From an uncultured Candidatus Saccharibacteria bacterium (GTDB lineage Bacteria > Patescibacteriota > Dojkabacteria > CALFHW01), in the NCBI GenBank assembly GCA_964640685.1, contig CAZXFQ010000004.1, positions 22,608 to 46,607 of the forward strand: DNA of 24,000 nt. The letters run 5' to 3'. Positions 8,001 to 15,049 of the stretch are shown here, piece by piece. The stretch's first letter is position 1; each line of letters starts with the position of its first letter. The translations under genes were made by a program, and so were the position numbers. The notes below the pieces were generated by a model. The model was not told where the DNA came from, searched no databases, and saw nothing but the letters and a program-made list of their open reading frames with translations.

Positions 8001-8036
8001 AGATACAAATTGAAAATGGTCCAAATCAGTTGGCTC

Positions 8037-8070
8037 AGCTAAACTCTTCCAAACTTAGCTAAACTCTTCC
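8037..8070 (+). repeat. Perfect 14-bp direct repeat AGCTAAACTCTTCC, two copies with a 20-bp period
   Basis: Copies lie at 8037-8050 and 8057-8070. An inverted 9/10 match to its core (AAAGTCTTCC) lies at 8111-8120. All are upstream of the minor-pilin operon. Confidence 0.8.
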
Positions 8071-8140
8071 TAAGTAGCGCGGCAATCTGGAATGTCTCGT
8101 TAATTAAGAAGGAAGACTTTCCATCGCAATTAAATTTTAC

Positions 8141-8146
8141 TATAGT
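8141..8146 (+). promoter_or_regulatory. Candidate -10 box TATAGT 5 nt upstream of the minor-pilin operon ATG (leaderless geometry)
   Basis: The sequence is TAAATTTTACTATAGTAAGAT-ATG. A -35-like TTTCCA sits at 8118-8123 with a 17-bp spacer. No SD motif is present. Confidence 0.4.
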
Positions 8147-8151
8147 AAGAT

Positions 8152-8835
8152 ATGCTCAAATTCTTGCCAAAAAAGCATACCTACAGGGTTCTCCGGCTGC
8201 GGGCATTCTCCCTTCTGGAAATAGTAGTGGTGATTGCCATTACGTCTACCCTAATGGGTTTAGGGATTGCGAGCCTGGTATCTCTAAGGGATCGCAATAT
8301 TATCCGCCAAGGGGTTAATGAATTCGTACAAACTTTCGAAACAGTGCGCAATAGTGCTCGAAATAGCGAGATTACGAGAGCAGCAGGCGCTAGTGAGGCT
8401 CAAATAATCAATATTATCAACAATACAGACTATTATGCTTTGCAAATCAACAATAACAATTACTACAAATTCATTTGCCAAGATTATTCTAATCTGACTA
8501 CTCCAGTTGTCTGCCAACTCAATAACAATGGGATTAAATCAGAGTTAAGTACAAATATTCTCATCATTCCCTTGGAATCCTATGATGAAAGCACTGGGGT
8601 GCTTGTGGAGTCAGTTAGCACCGCGGCAAAGTGTGAATTCGCAATTTTTAATTTAAGTACAGGCAACTTCAGATTTGCTGAAGATAAAACTGCAGTGACA
8701 AGTGGCACTCCCATGGAGTTCAAAACTTACGGCGGAGCTCCTTGTTATTATAGATTCAAGTTAAATGGTAATGAAACGATTGACTCTATTGTGAAAGTAG
8801 ATAGACTTAGTAATAAGATAGAGATTTTAAGGTAG
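8152..8835 (+). CDS. Minor pilin, GspH/FimT-like
   Basis: 227 aa. Prepilin signal RLRA|FSLLEIVVVIAITSTLMGLGIA (A-1, F+1, E+5), followed by a helix RQGVNEFVQTFETVRNSARNSE reminiscent of FimT/GspH. The family call rests on weak similarity. Confidence 0.65.
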   Translation: MLKFLPKKHTYRVLRLRAFSLLEIVVVIAITSTLMGLGIASLVSLRDRNIIRQGVNEFVQTFETVRNSARNSEITRAAGASEAQIINIINNTDYYALQINNNNYYKFICQDYSNLTTPVVCQLNNNGIKSELSTNILIIPLESYDESTGVLVESVSTAAKCEFAIFNLSTGNFRFAEDKTAVTSGTPMEFKTYGGAPCYYRFKLNGNETIDSIVKVDRLSNKIEILR

Positions 8836-8866
8836 AAACTTTAGATAGAAAATTTAGCTAGAAACT

Positions 8867-9532
8867 TTGAAAACCATGCTAAAACAAACTTTTAGCAGTC
8901 TTACTACTGCTCCAAAAGCACTAAAACATTTGCAGATCTCGCTAAAACTTTGTTTTAGCGGCTATTTGCCAGCTATTGGCCTTTTGGAGGTAGTCATATC
9001 AATGCTGATTAGTTCAGTGATTTTGTTGGGGGCAGTTTCAGTGGCAACCAAAGGATACTCATTAGTAAAGGAAAATGAAATCCGCGACGGTGCCAGTGCC
9101 ATTCTCATCAGATCACTAGAATTATCAAGATCGCCGTTTGACTTGAAATTGCGTGATAAATTTGCGGTAGGCGTTGACTCTGCAGGAAATGCTGTGCCCC
9201 CAGGGGCAACAACTTATAAACAGTTTGCTCTAGCCAATAATGTTGCTGGCTATGAATTGGTGGAAACTATACCCCAACCAACAATCCCCAACCCACCGGT
9301 AACTGCAGCTGATGTCAACTGTGAGGTGGCTAATCCGCCAAGCCCACCTATTAGGGTTACCAGCGAGCTCGATGATACTTTAGTGATGTGCAATCTGGTG
9401 TATATTAGTTACTTTGGTGTCAGTAATAGTGGTAAAGAAGCAATTTTCGAGATCCAGTCGTTCGTGGTTTATAACTACAGCAACAAAAAATTCATGGAAA
9501 GATTAGTGAGTTATCGACCCGAGTTGGTGTAA
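8867..9532 (+). CDS. Minor pilin, PilV-like; start uncertain
   Basis: It contains LPA|IGLLEVVISMLISSVILLGAVSV (E at +5). The leader from the listed start is unusually long (36 aa). Alternative starts are ATG at 8876 or TTG at 8930, the latter giving a 15-aa leader. Confidence 0.55.
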   Translation: MKTMLKQTFSSLTTAPKALKHLQISLKLCFSGYLPAIGLLEVVISMLISSVILLGAVSVATKGYSLVKENEIRDGASAILIRSLELSRSPFDLKLRDKFAVGVDSAGNAVPPGATTYKQFALANNVAGYELVETIPQPTIPNPPVTAADVNCEVANPPSPPIRVTSELDDTLVMCNLVYISYFGVSNSGKEAIFEIQSFVVYNYSNKKFMERLVSYRPELV

Positions 9533-9554
9533 TTAATTTTGTGAAGAAAAGTTA

Positions 9555-10289
9555 ATGTCTGTACAGAAGCGTCAATTAAAACTAGGTAAGCACTATCGAG
9601 CTTATTCACTATTAGAATTAGTGGTGACATTATTGCTCACTAGTATGATTATGCTGGCTTTGATTTACATTGTCAGCTCGCTACTAAGACTCTCGGCAAT
9701 TAGCTACAACCGAGCTAAACTGCGCGAAGACACCGTTGACTTTGTGGAAGAATTTGAGAAAGATCTGAGAAACGCTAGTAAGGTCGGCAAATGTGAAGGT
9801 GTAGTTGCATTTGGAGCATTACCCAGCGCGAATACCTTCCAATGTGTGTTTCTAACAGATCGGGTTTATATGTGGACCACTTGCCCAGCACCTACACCAG
9901 ACATTTGCGCCGCAGGGGCCAATTGTACAAATCGTGCTGCCACTGGAACTCCATTCTCAGGAGGAGGCACTCAACCTATTACCATGTGTAAGTATGCAGT
10001 TAGCGGTTCAGAGCCGAATTTTATTGCTGATACCGCGGCTGTCAATCCCATTAGCATTTTTGATACGAATTATTATCTCGAGAGGTTTGAGGTCACTAAT
10101 GTAGTTACTCCTGATATAAATCCCGCTACAAATCCAAACAATAGTCTGAGCAGTGCCGACGCGGTGCGCAGAACCATCGCCTTTACAGCAGTTGTCTCGC
10201 ACCCCAATACGCGGTTAAATATTAACAATATAGTTAGACAATCATTGATTACTACCAAAAACTTTGACAGAGTAATAAAAACCGATTGA
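9555..10289 (+). CDS. Minor pilin, PilW-like
   Basis: 244 aa. Prepilin signal GKHYRA|YSLLELVVTLLLTSMIMLALIYIV (A-1, Y+1, E+5). The globular part is Cys-rich. It is third in a run of pilin-like genes. The family call is weak. Confidence 0.6.
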   Translation: MSVQKRQLKLGKHYRAYSLLELVVTLLLTSMIMLALIYIVSSLLRLSAISYNRAKLREDTVDFVEEFEKDLRNASKVGKCEGVVAFGALPSANTFQCVFLTDRVYMWTTCPAPTPDICAAGANCTNRAATGTPFSGGGTQPITMCKYAVSGSEPNFIADTAAVNPISIFDTNYYLERFEVTNVVTPDINPATNPNNSLSSADAVRRTIAFTAVVSHPNTRLNINNIVRQSLITTKNFDRVIKTD

Positions 10290-10352
10290 CATTTATTTTG
10301 ACATTCATCAGAATAAAATAATAGGAAATTTATCTTAATAGAACAATAAAAT

Positions 10353-11390
10353 ATGGATCTGCCCAAATTCTTCGGTATAGATGTTGGTAAAAATACTGTG
10401 AAGGTTGCATATTTAGAATTAGGTGCAAAACTACCTAAACTGAAGAAGCTATTTAGTTTTGCCACTGGCTCTGGTAGTCTTACTAGTGAAGACGCAGCCC
10501 AACGCGCTGATCTCTCCGTGCGCATCAAAGATGCTGTTGCAGGGGTTAAGTTGGATACACGCAAATGCGTAGTAGCGCTTCCTGAGCCAGTGGTTTTCAA
10601 CCGGCTACTCACCTTCCCTGCCTTGGCAGATGAGGCTCTCAATGAAGCAATTCACTGGAACGCCAAACAATTCATCCCAATTCCAATTGATGATGTGCAA
10701 ATGGATTGGATTAAGGTAGCTGATCTAGAGGTGGAAGGTAGAAAAATGATGCAGTTGTTGTTGGTTGCTGCCCCGAAAAAATTAATTAATAATAGTATTA
10801 GCATCTTGAAGGATGCAGAGATAGAAGCTATTGCCATCGAGACAGAAGCTATTGCCACGGCGCGCGTGATTGCTAATGCCTATCCTAATGTAGGTTCTGT
10901 GCTAGTTTTGGATATAGGTTCCTCGGGTACAGATCTGAGTGTGGTAGACAATAATAATTTGATCTTTTCTCAGAGTTTTGGTACTGGCTCAGAATCTATG
11001 ACTAGAGCGATTGCCAGTAGCTTCAGTTTAGACGGTGTGCAGGCCGAGCAATATAAGATCAAGTTTGGCCTGTTAAAAGACCAAGCAGAGGGTAAGATTT
11101 TCCTAAGTCTGGATCCGGTAATGCAACTGATTGTGGCAGAGGTTAATAAAACTATAAATTTCTTCAAGAATAAATATAGCCAGGCAACTCCAAAAAAGAT
11201 TTTGCTATTGGGTGAAGGTTCAAATATTCCCGGCATTGCAGAATACTTACAAACAGCATTGGGCATGGGAACTGAAGTAGCCAATTTGCGCAATAACATT
11301 CAAATTGATTCAGCCATGGAGGCTGAGCTGCCCCAGGGAAATCTAGGCGGGTTTGCTGTAGCCATAGGGTTAGCTTTAAAGACAAAATAA
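10353..11390 (+). CDS. pilM: Type IV pilus assembly protein PilM (actin-like ATPase fold)
   Basis: 345 aa. It has FGIDVGKNTVKVAYLE (phosphate-1-like) and VLVLDIGSSGTDLSVV motifs, and is followed by pilN-like and pilO-like genes. Confidence 0.85.
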   Translation: MDLPKFFGIDVGKNTVKVAYLELGAKLPKLKKLFSFATGSGSLTSEDAAQRADLSVRIKDAVAGVKLDTRKCVVALPEPVVFNRLLTFPALADEALNEAIHWNAKQFIPIPIDDVQMDWIKVADLEVEGRKMMQLLLVAAPKKLINNSISILKDAEIEAIAIETEAIATARVIANAYPNVGSVLVLDIGSSGTDLSVVDNNNLIFSQSFGTGSESMTRAIASSFSLDGVQAEQYKIKFGLLKDQAEGKIFLSLDPVMQLIVAEVNKTINFFKNKYSQATPKKILLLGEGSNIPGIAEYLQTALGMGTEVANLRNNIQIDSAMEAELPQGNLGGFAVAIGLALKTK

Positions 11391-11406
11391 CTGATAAATA
11401 GCCACT

Positions 11407-12018
11407 ATGCCTAAAACTAATCCGCTAGCTGAACTATTCGCATTTAACCTTTTGCCTCCTAAAACCAAGGAGGAAATTGCTGATGAAGTTAAGCGCAAAG
11501 AGGCAACAGCTTACGGGGCCTTGTTGCCATTCATTACCCTAGTATTTGCAATAGTGTTATTCCTCATTAATGCTTTAAGCTTAGATCCTTCAGTAAAGGG
11601 CTGGGAAAATGCATTAAGTAATATCAAATCTGAACTAAATAATCCCAACAGTTTCTTGGGTCAGTTAAAAGTTACCAATGGTGAGTTAGTCATAAAGACA
11701 GGCTTCGTGGCTGAACCAGTGCAGAAAAATGTCGATTTCAATCAAATCTTTGAGATTCGCAACGCGGTGTTTACAAATAACTCTACAGGAAGTGTGGCTA
11801 CGAGCTACGCGCGCGAAGCTAACGGAAACTTTATTCAGAATGCTACCTCTACTGATAAGGGTGGTGCCGCCGAAATTTTCAACAAATTCAGAGAGCAAGC
11901 ACTTGTGGAAACCGAGACTGTTAAACTGCGCAATGTCACTTTTAGTGAAGAAGGTAAAGAATATAGGTTTTCAATCTCTTTTGAAATTAAGCCAGAGTTA
12001 GGTCAAAAAGCCACTTAG
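11407..12018 (+). CDS. pilN: PilN-like pilus alignment protein
   Basis: 203 aa with an N-terminal FNLLPPKTKEE motif, a single TM segment (LLPFITLVFAIVLFLINAL), and a position directly after pilM. Confidence 0.65.
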   Translation: MPKTNPLAELFAFNLLPPKTKEEIADEVKRKEATAYGALLPFITLVFAIVLFLINALSLDPSVKGWENALSNIKSELNNPNSFLGQLKVTNGELVIKTGFVAEPVQKNVDFNQIFEIRNAVFTNNSTGSVATSYAREANGNFIQNATSTDKGGAAEIFNKFREQALVETETVKLRNVTFSEEGKEYRFSISFEIKPELGQKAT

Positions 12019-12024
12019 ATAAAT

Positions 12025-12852
12025 ATGGACGAAGTAGAAAAACAAAAACAAATTGAGCAAAAACGGACTAGGAGTTTCTTAGCGGTGATTGCGAAGTACT
12101 ATTTGGCTCCATTACTGATGGCGGTAGCAAGCTTACTGATCTTTGGAGTATTTATCGTACCCAATGCGGAGCAGTTCATAAACAGTATCAATAAAATTCA
12201 AGAGCTACAGACTGAATACGATAAAAATTTAGAGACTAAGGCCAGACGAGAGCGGCTACAGTCCAGTACCAACGATCAATTAGGCAAACTGGATATTATC
12301 AATGCGATTATTCCGCAGGCGCAAACTGCAGTGGTGGGGTTCACTGAGAAAATTAAGCAAAAGGCTCGCGAAAACAATGTCACAATTGGGGCTACAGTTA
12401 CCGGAGAAATTGTGCAAGTATCCACTGCCAATAGTGGAACTAGAGCTGGGACTGGAGCTGGTGCTGGAAATGTTGCCAGCCAAAACCAGTCAAAAGGCTT
12501 GGAGCTAGTAGAGCTACCTGCTGATTTCACTGCCCAAGGGACTCTAGCCAGTGTGCGTAGCTTTCTATCTAGCATCTACAATGGTGACGACTTTATAATT
12601 ATCAAAAGCATGGAATTACAGAAAGCAAGCGCTACTGGATCGCAGCTCGGTGCTGTCTATAGTCGAGATGAGGGTAATTGGACAATGGAGCTCACATTAA
12701 CCAAGTATCAATTACGCGTTCCAGTGGGGGTAAGTGACGCCGATATCAGACTAAGCTACTTTGAGATAGCTGATACCTCAAAGCCACAACAAGCTGTCCT
12801 AGACTTCATTCAGAAGAACTATGCGGATACGACCAAACCTACTGCGGAATAA
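12025..12852 (+). CDS. pilO: PilO-like pilus alignment protein
   Basis: 275 aa with an N-terminal TM segment (YLAPLLMAVASLLIFGVFIV), a coiled-coil-like stretch and a C-terminal globular part. It also has a Gly/Ala/Thr-rich insert (GTRAGTGAGAGN). The call rests on architecture and synteny. Confidence 0.55.
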   Translation: MDEVEKQKQIEQKRTRSFLAVIAKYYLAPLLMAVASLLIFGVFIVPNAEQFINSINKIQELQTEYDKNLETKARRERLQSSTNDQLGKLDIINAIIPQAQTAVVGFTEKIKQKARENNVTIGATVTGEIVQVSTANSGTRAGTGAGAGNVASQNQSKGLELVELPADFTAQGTLASVRSFLSSIYNGDDFIIIKSMELQKASATGSQLGAVYSRDEGNWTMELTLTKYQLRVPVGVSDADIRLSYFEIADTSKPQQAVLDFIQKNYADTTKPTAE

Positions 12853-12885
12853 TCTCAATAGAAATTGACAATCAAGGAGTGTGAG

Positions 12886-13164
12886 CTAGGAAGCAAGTTC
12901 TTCTACACTGGCCTCTTCTTCAGCTGGCATTGGACCTTCGTCCTCTACCAATCTTAAAGCGTAGCTAGTATTGTAGAGTTTGTTGTAAAGGTATAAGAGT
13001 TCACGCACTGCTTTGATATTGCGGCCGGATTTGCCGATAAACAACGGAACTAATTCGCTGGGTAATTGTACTTGGATATCGGCTTCAGCCTCTTGAGGGA
13101 ACTGACTACCAATTTCTTCACCAAAGCACACAGTAATGACTTTGTTAAATTTGGTTAAATCCAT
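12886..13164 (-). CDS. KH-domain RNA-binding protein (YlqC/UPF0109-like)
   Basis: 92 aa with the motif FIGKSGRNIKAVRELL (GxxG KH loop). It lies immediately downstream of rpsP, the conserved position for this family. Confidence 0.8.
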   Translation of the reverse strand: MDLTKFNKVITVCFGEEIGSQFPQEAEADIQVQLPSELVPLFIGKSGRNIKAVRELLYLYNKLYNTSYALRLVEDEGPMPAEEEASVEELAS

Positions 13165-13188
13165 AGTATCAAATTGTACTCAGATTAT

Positions 13189-13518
13189 TTAAGAAGCGCT
13201 AGCTTCTGCTGCCTTAGCAGCTGCTTGAGCCTGCTTTTTGCGTCCTGGTTTAGATGCGAACTTATGCTCAGGTTTTGGATAAAGGTCCTTAGTTGAAAGT
13301 AAATAGGCAACTGTTTGTGTAGGTTGCGCACCAACTCCTAGCCAATACTTAATCCTGTCTGCATCTGCAACCTCGAAAGTTGAAGGCTTAGTACGTGGGT
13401 TGTAGAAACCCAAATATTCAAGAGCTTCGCCCGTTGCTTTGGTGCGTGCTTGCATAGCAACTAATCTGAAAGTGGGTTGGTGTTTTTTTCCAAACCTCAT
13501 TAATCTCAACTTAACCAT
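13189..13518 (-). CDS. rpsP: 30S ribosomal protein S16
   Basis: MVKLRLMRFGKKHQPTFRLVAMQARTKATGEALEYLGFYNP...IKYWLGVGAQPT is the canonical S16 sequence. It carries a Lys/Ala-rich C-terminal tail. Confidence 0.95.
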   Translation of the reverse strand: MVKLRLMRFGKKHQPTFRLVAMQARTKATGEALEYLGFYNPRTKPSTFEVADADRIKYWLGVGAQPTQTVAYLLSTKDLYPKPEHKFASKPGRKKQAQAAAKAAEASAS

Positions 13519-13541
13519 GTAATTTAACAGTGCTAAAATAA

Positions 13542-14267
13542 TTACTTTTGTATTATACCAGATTCTAGACGAATTAAGCCCTCACTTGCCGCAGCTTGTT
13601 CAGCTTCTTGTTTTGTGCGGCCTTTGCCCTGTCCAAAACTTTCATTATTGACAATGACTTCTACTGTGAAAGTGCGCTCGTGGTCAGGACCTTCCTCATG
13701 TAAGAGCTTATAAATAGGAGTGAATTTATGCACCTCCTGAGCTAGTTCCTGTAACCTTGATTTGGAATCAATATCTAATCTATTGGCAATAATTGGAATG
13801 AACTTTGGCACCAGTAGAGTATCGACCAGAGCTTTGCAGCTTTCCATACCACCATCGATATAGATGGCACCTAATAAAGCCTCAAAGGCATTGGCTAAAA
13901 TATAGGGTCTAGTACGTCCTCCAGTTGCAGCCTCGCCCTTACTCATAAATATGTACTCCCCTACTTCTAATTGCAGAGAAGTCTGCGCTAAACTCTCAGT
14001 GCGCACTACAGCAGCCCTAAAACTGGTAAGCTCACCCTCACTGCGTTCAATATATGTACGAAATAGATATTCAGTGATTACTAGCTCCAGCACCGCGTCG
14101 CCTAAAAATTCTAAACGTTCATTGTGCTCTAGAAATTCAGTTTTGACCTCATTTAGGTAAGATCTGTGAGTGAGAGCTTGTGCCAACAGTTCAAGATTTT
14201 GAAACTGATAGCCAAGATTGGTCATTAGGATTTGTAATTTGCTTTGTTCTTCAGCAGTAATTGTCAT
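13542..14267 (-). CDS. rnc: Ribonuclease III
   Basis: 241 aa with ALTHRSY and the catalytic signature ERLEFLGDAVLE. The C-terminal dsRBD is present (GPDHERTFTVEV...GKGRTKQEAEQAAA). Confidence 0.95.
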   Translation of the reverse strand: MTITAEEQSKLQILMTNLGYQFQNLELLAQALTHRSYLNEVKTEFLEHNERLEFLGDAVLELVITEYLFRTYIERSEGELTSFRAAVVRTESLAQTSLQLEVGEYIFMSKGEAATGGRTRPYILANAFEALLGAIYIDGGMESCKALVDTLLVPKFIPIIANRLDIDSKSRLQELAQEVHKFTPIYKLLHEEGPDHERTFTVEVIVNNESFGQGKGRTKQEAEQAAASEGLIRLESGIIQK

Positions 14268-14288
14268 GTGCGTGTATTGATTGGAAAA

Positions 14289-14810
14289 CTATTTTTTGGC
14301 TTGGGCAGTATAAATATTACCTAAAACACCACTAATAAATTTAACATTACCCTCTGTACCAAAATCCTTGCCCAGCTCGATAGCTTCATCAATCGCTACT
14401 TTGCTAGGAACTAAATTGGCGCGGAACCCTTCGTAGATAGCTAGACGTAAAATCTGTAAGTCCACTGGATTTATCTGAGGCAAGGGCCAAGATTTGGCAA
14501 ATTCTACTATCAGTTTATCAATATCTGCTTGTGCAGCCAAGATTCCTTCTACAATTTCCTGAGCTTTTGGCAAGGATTTCCCCAATTTCTTACTAGTTTT
14601 ATGAGATATTTTAGGCATTTCCAGGTCCTCAGCGAAGTCAATCACGTGGTCCACATTCACAGATGGGTCCGTAGCCTTGGCTTGGCAATGTTTCTCATAA
14701 AGCATTTGGATAATGATCTGCCTTAGTAAGTGACGATTGTCTATAGTGGGCTTGAGAGCTGGGTCTGGTTCTACCACGCTAGTATCAATGTCGCTAGTTG
14801 TTTGGGGCAT
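14289..14810 (-). CDS. nusB: Transcription antitermination factor NusB, with an N-terminal extension
   Basis: 173 aa. The C-terminal AIDEAIELGKDFGTEGNVKFISGVLGNI matches the NusB signature, and RHLLRQIIIQMLYE matches the N-terminal helix. Confidence 0.8.
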   Translation of the reverse strand: MPQTTSDIDTSVVEPDPALKPTIDNRHLLRQIIIQMLYEKHCQAKATDPSVNVDHVIDFAEDLEMPKISHKTSKKLGKSLPKAQEIVEGILAAQADIDKLIVEFAKSWPLPQINPVDLQILRLAIYEGFRANLVPSKVAIDEAIELGKDFGTEGNVKFISGVLGNIYTAQAKK

Positions 14811-14835
14811 AATCAGCGGTTTAGTATTTGACTTA

Positions 14836-15015
14836 CTATTTTACGTTCATCACTTGCGCGCCAGCATAGTGGCCACAAACCTTACATATTTGATGTTGAG
14901 GCTTTAATGACGAACAATTGCCACACTTTGTTAAGTTGACTGCGTCTAGCGCGTCGTGAGATCTTCTGCGATCTCTGCGGCCTTTACTATGTTTTCTCTT
15001 AGGAACTGCTGCCAT
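14836..15015 (-). CDS. rpmF: 50S ribosomal protein L32 (absent from the supplied ORF track; found by hand)
   Basis: The minus-strand ATG at 15015 translates to MAAVPKRKHSKGRRDRRRSHDALDAVNLTKCGNCSSLKPQHQICKVCGHYAGAQVMNVK, ending at a TAG stop (14836-14838). This shows the L32 signature AVPKRKxSKxRRDxRRSH plus a CxxC...CxxC zinc ribbon. Confidence 0.9.
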   Translation of the reverse strand: MAAVPKRKHSKGRRDRRRSHDALDAVNLTKCGNCSSLKPQHQICKVCGHYAGAQVMNVK

Positions 15016-15049
15016 TTCGGTAATCTATGAATGTAATTTTACTTATGTA

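Noticed and set aside
7849-8151. The 300-bp spacer as a tRNA, a CRISPR remnant or an IS/MITE
   Set aside because: There is no cloverleaf or T-loop sequence and no regularly spaced repeat-spacer pattern. There is also no transposase or flanking target duplication. The repeats are better explained as a terminator plus operator-like sites. A MITE cannot be fully excluded without genome-wide copy counts.
10286-10303. Duplicated TTGACAT (10286-10292 and 10298-10304) as a -35 element for an internal pilMNO promoter
   Set aside because: No acceptable -10 hexamer lies 16-18 bp downstream of either copy. TAAAAT at 10314 is 10 or 22 bp away. The first copy is partly the stop-codon context of the upstream gene.
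10073-10642. A 189-aa minus-strand ORF spanning the PilW-like 3' end, the spacer and the pilM 5' end
   Set aside because: It overlaps two motif-supported plus-strand genes. It is Ser/Arg/Leu-rich with no domain signature, so it is most likely a chance antisense frame.
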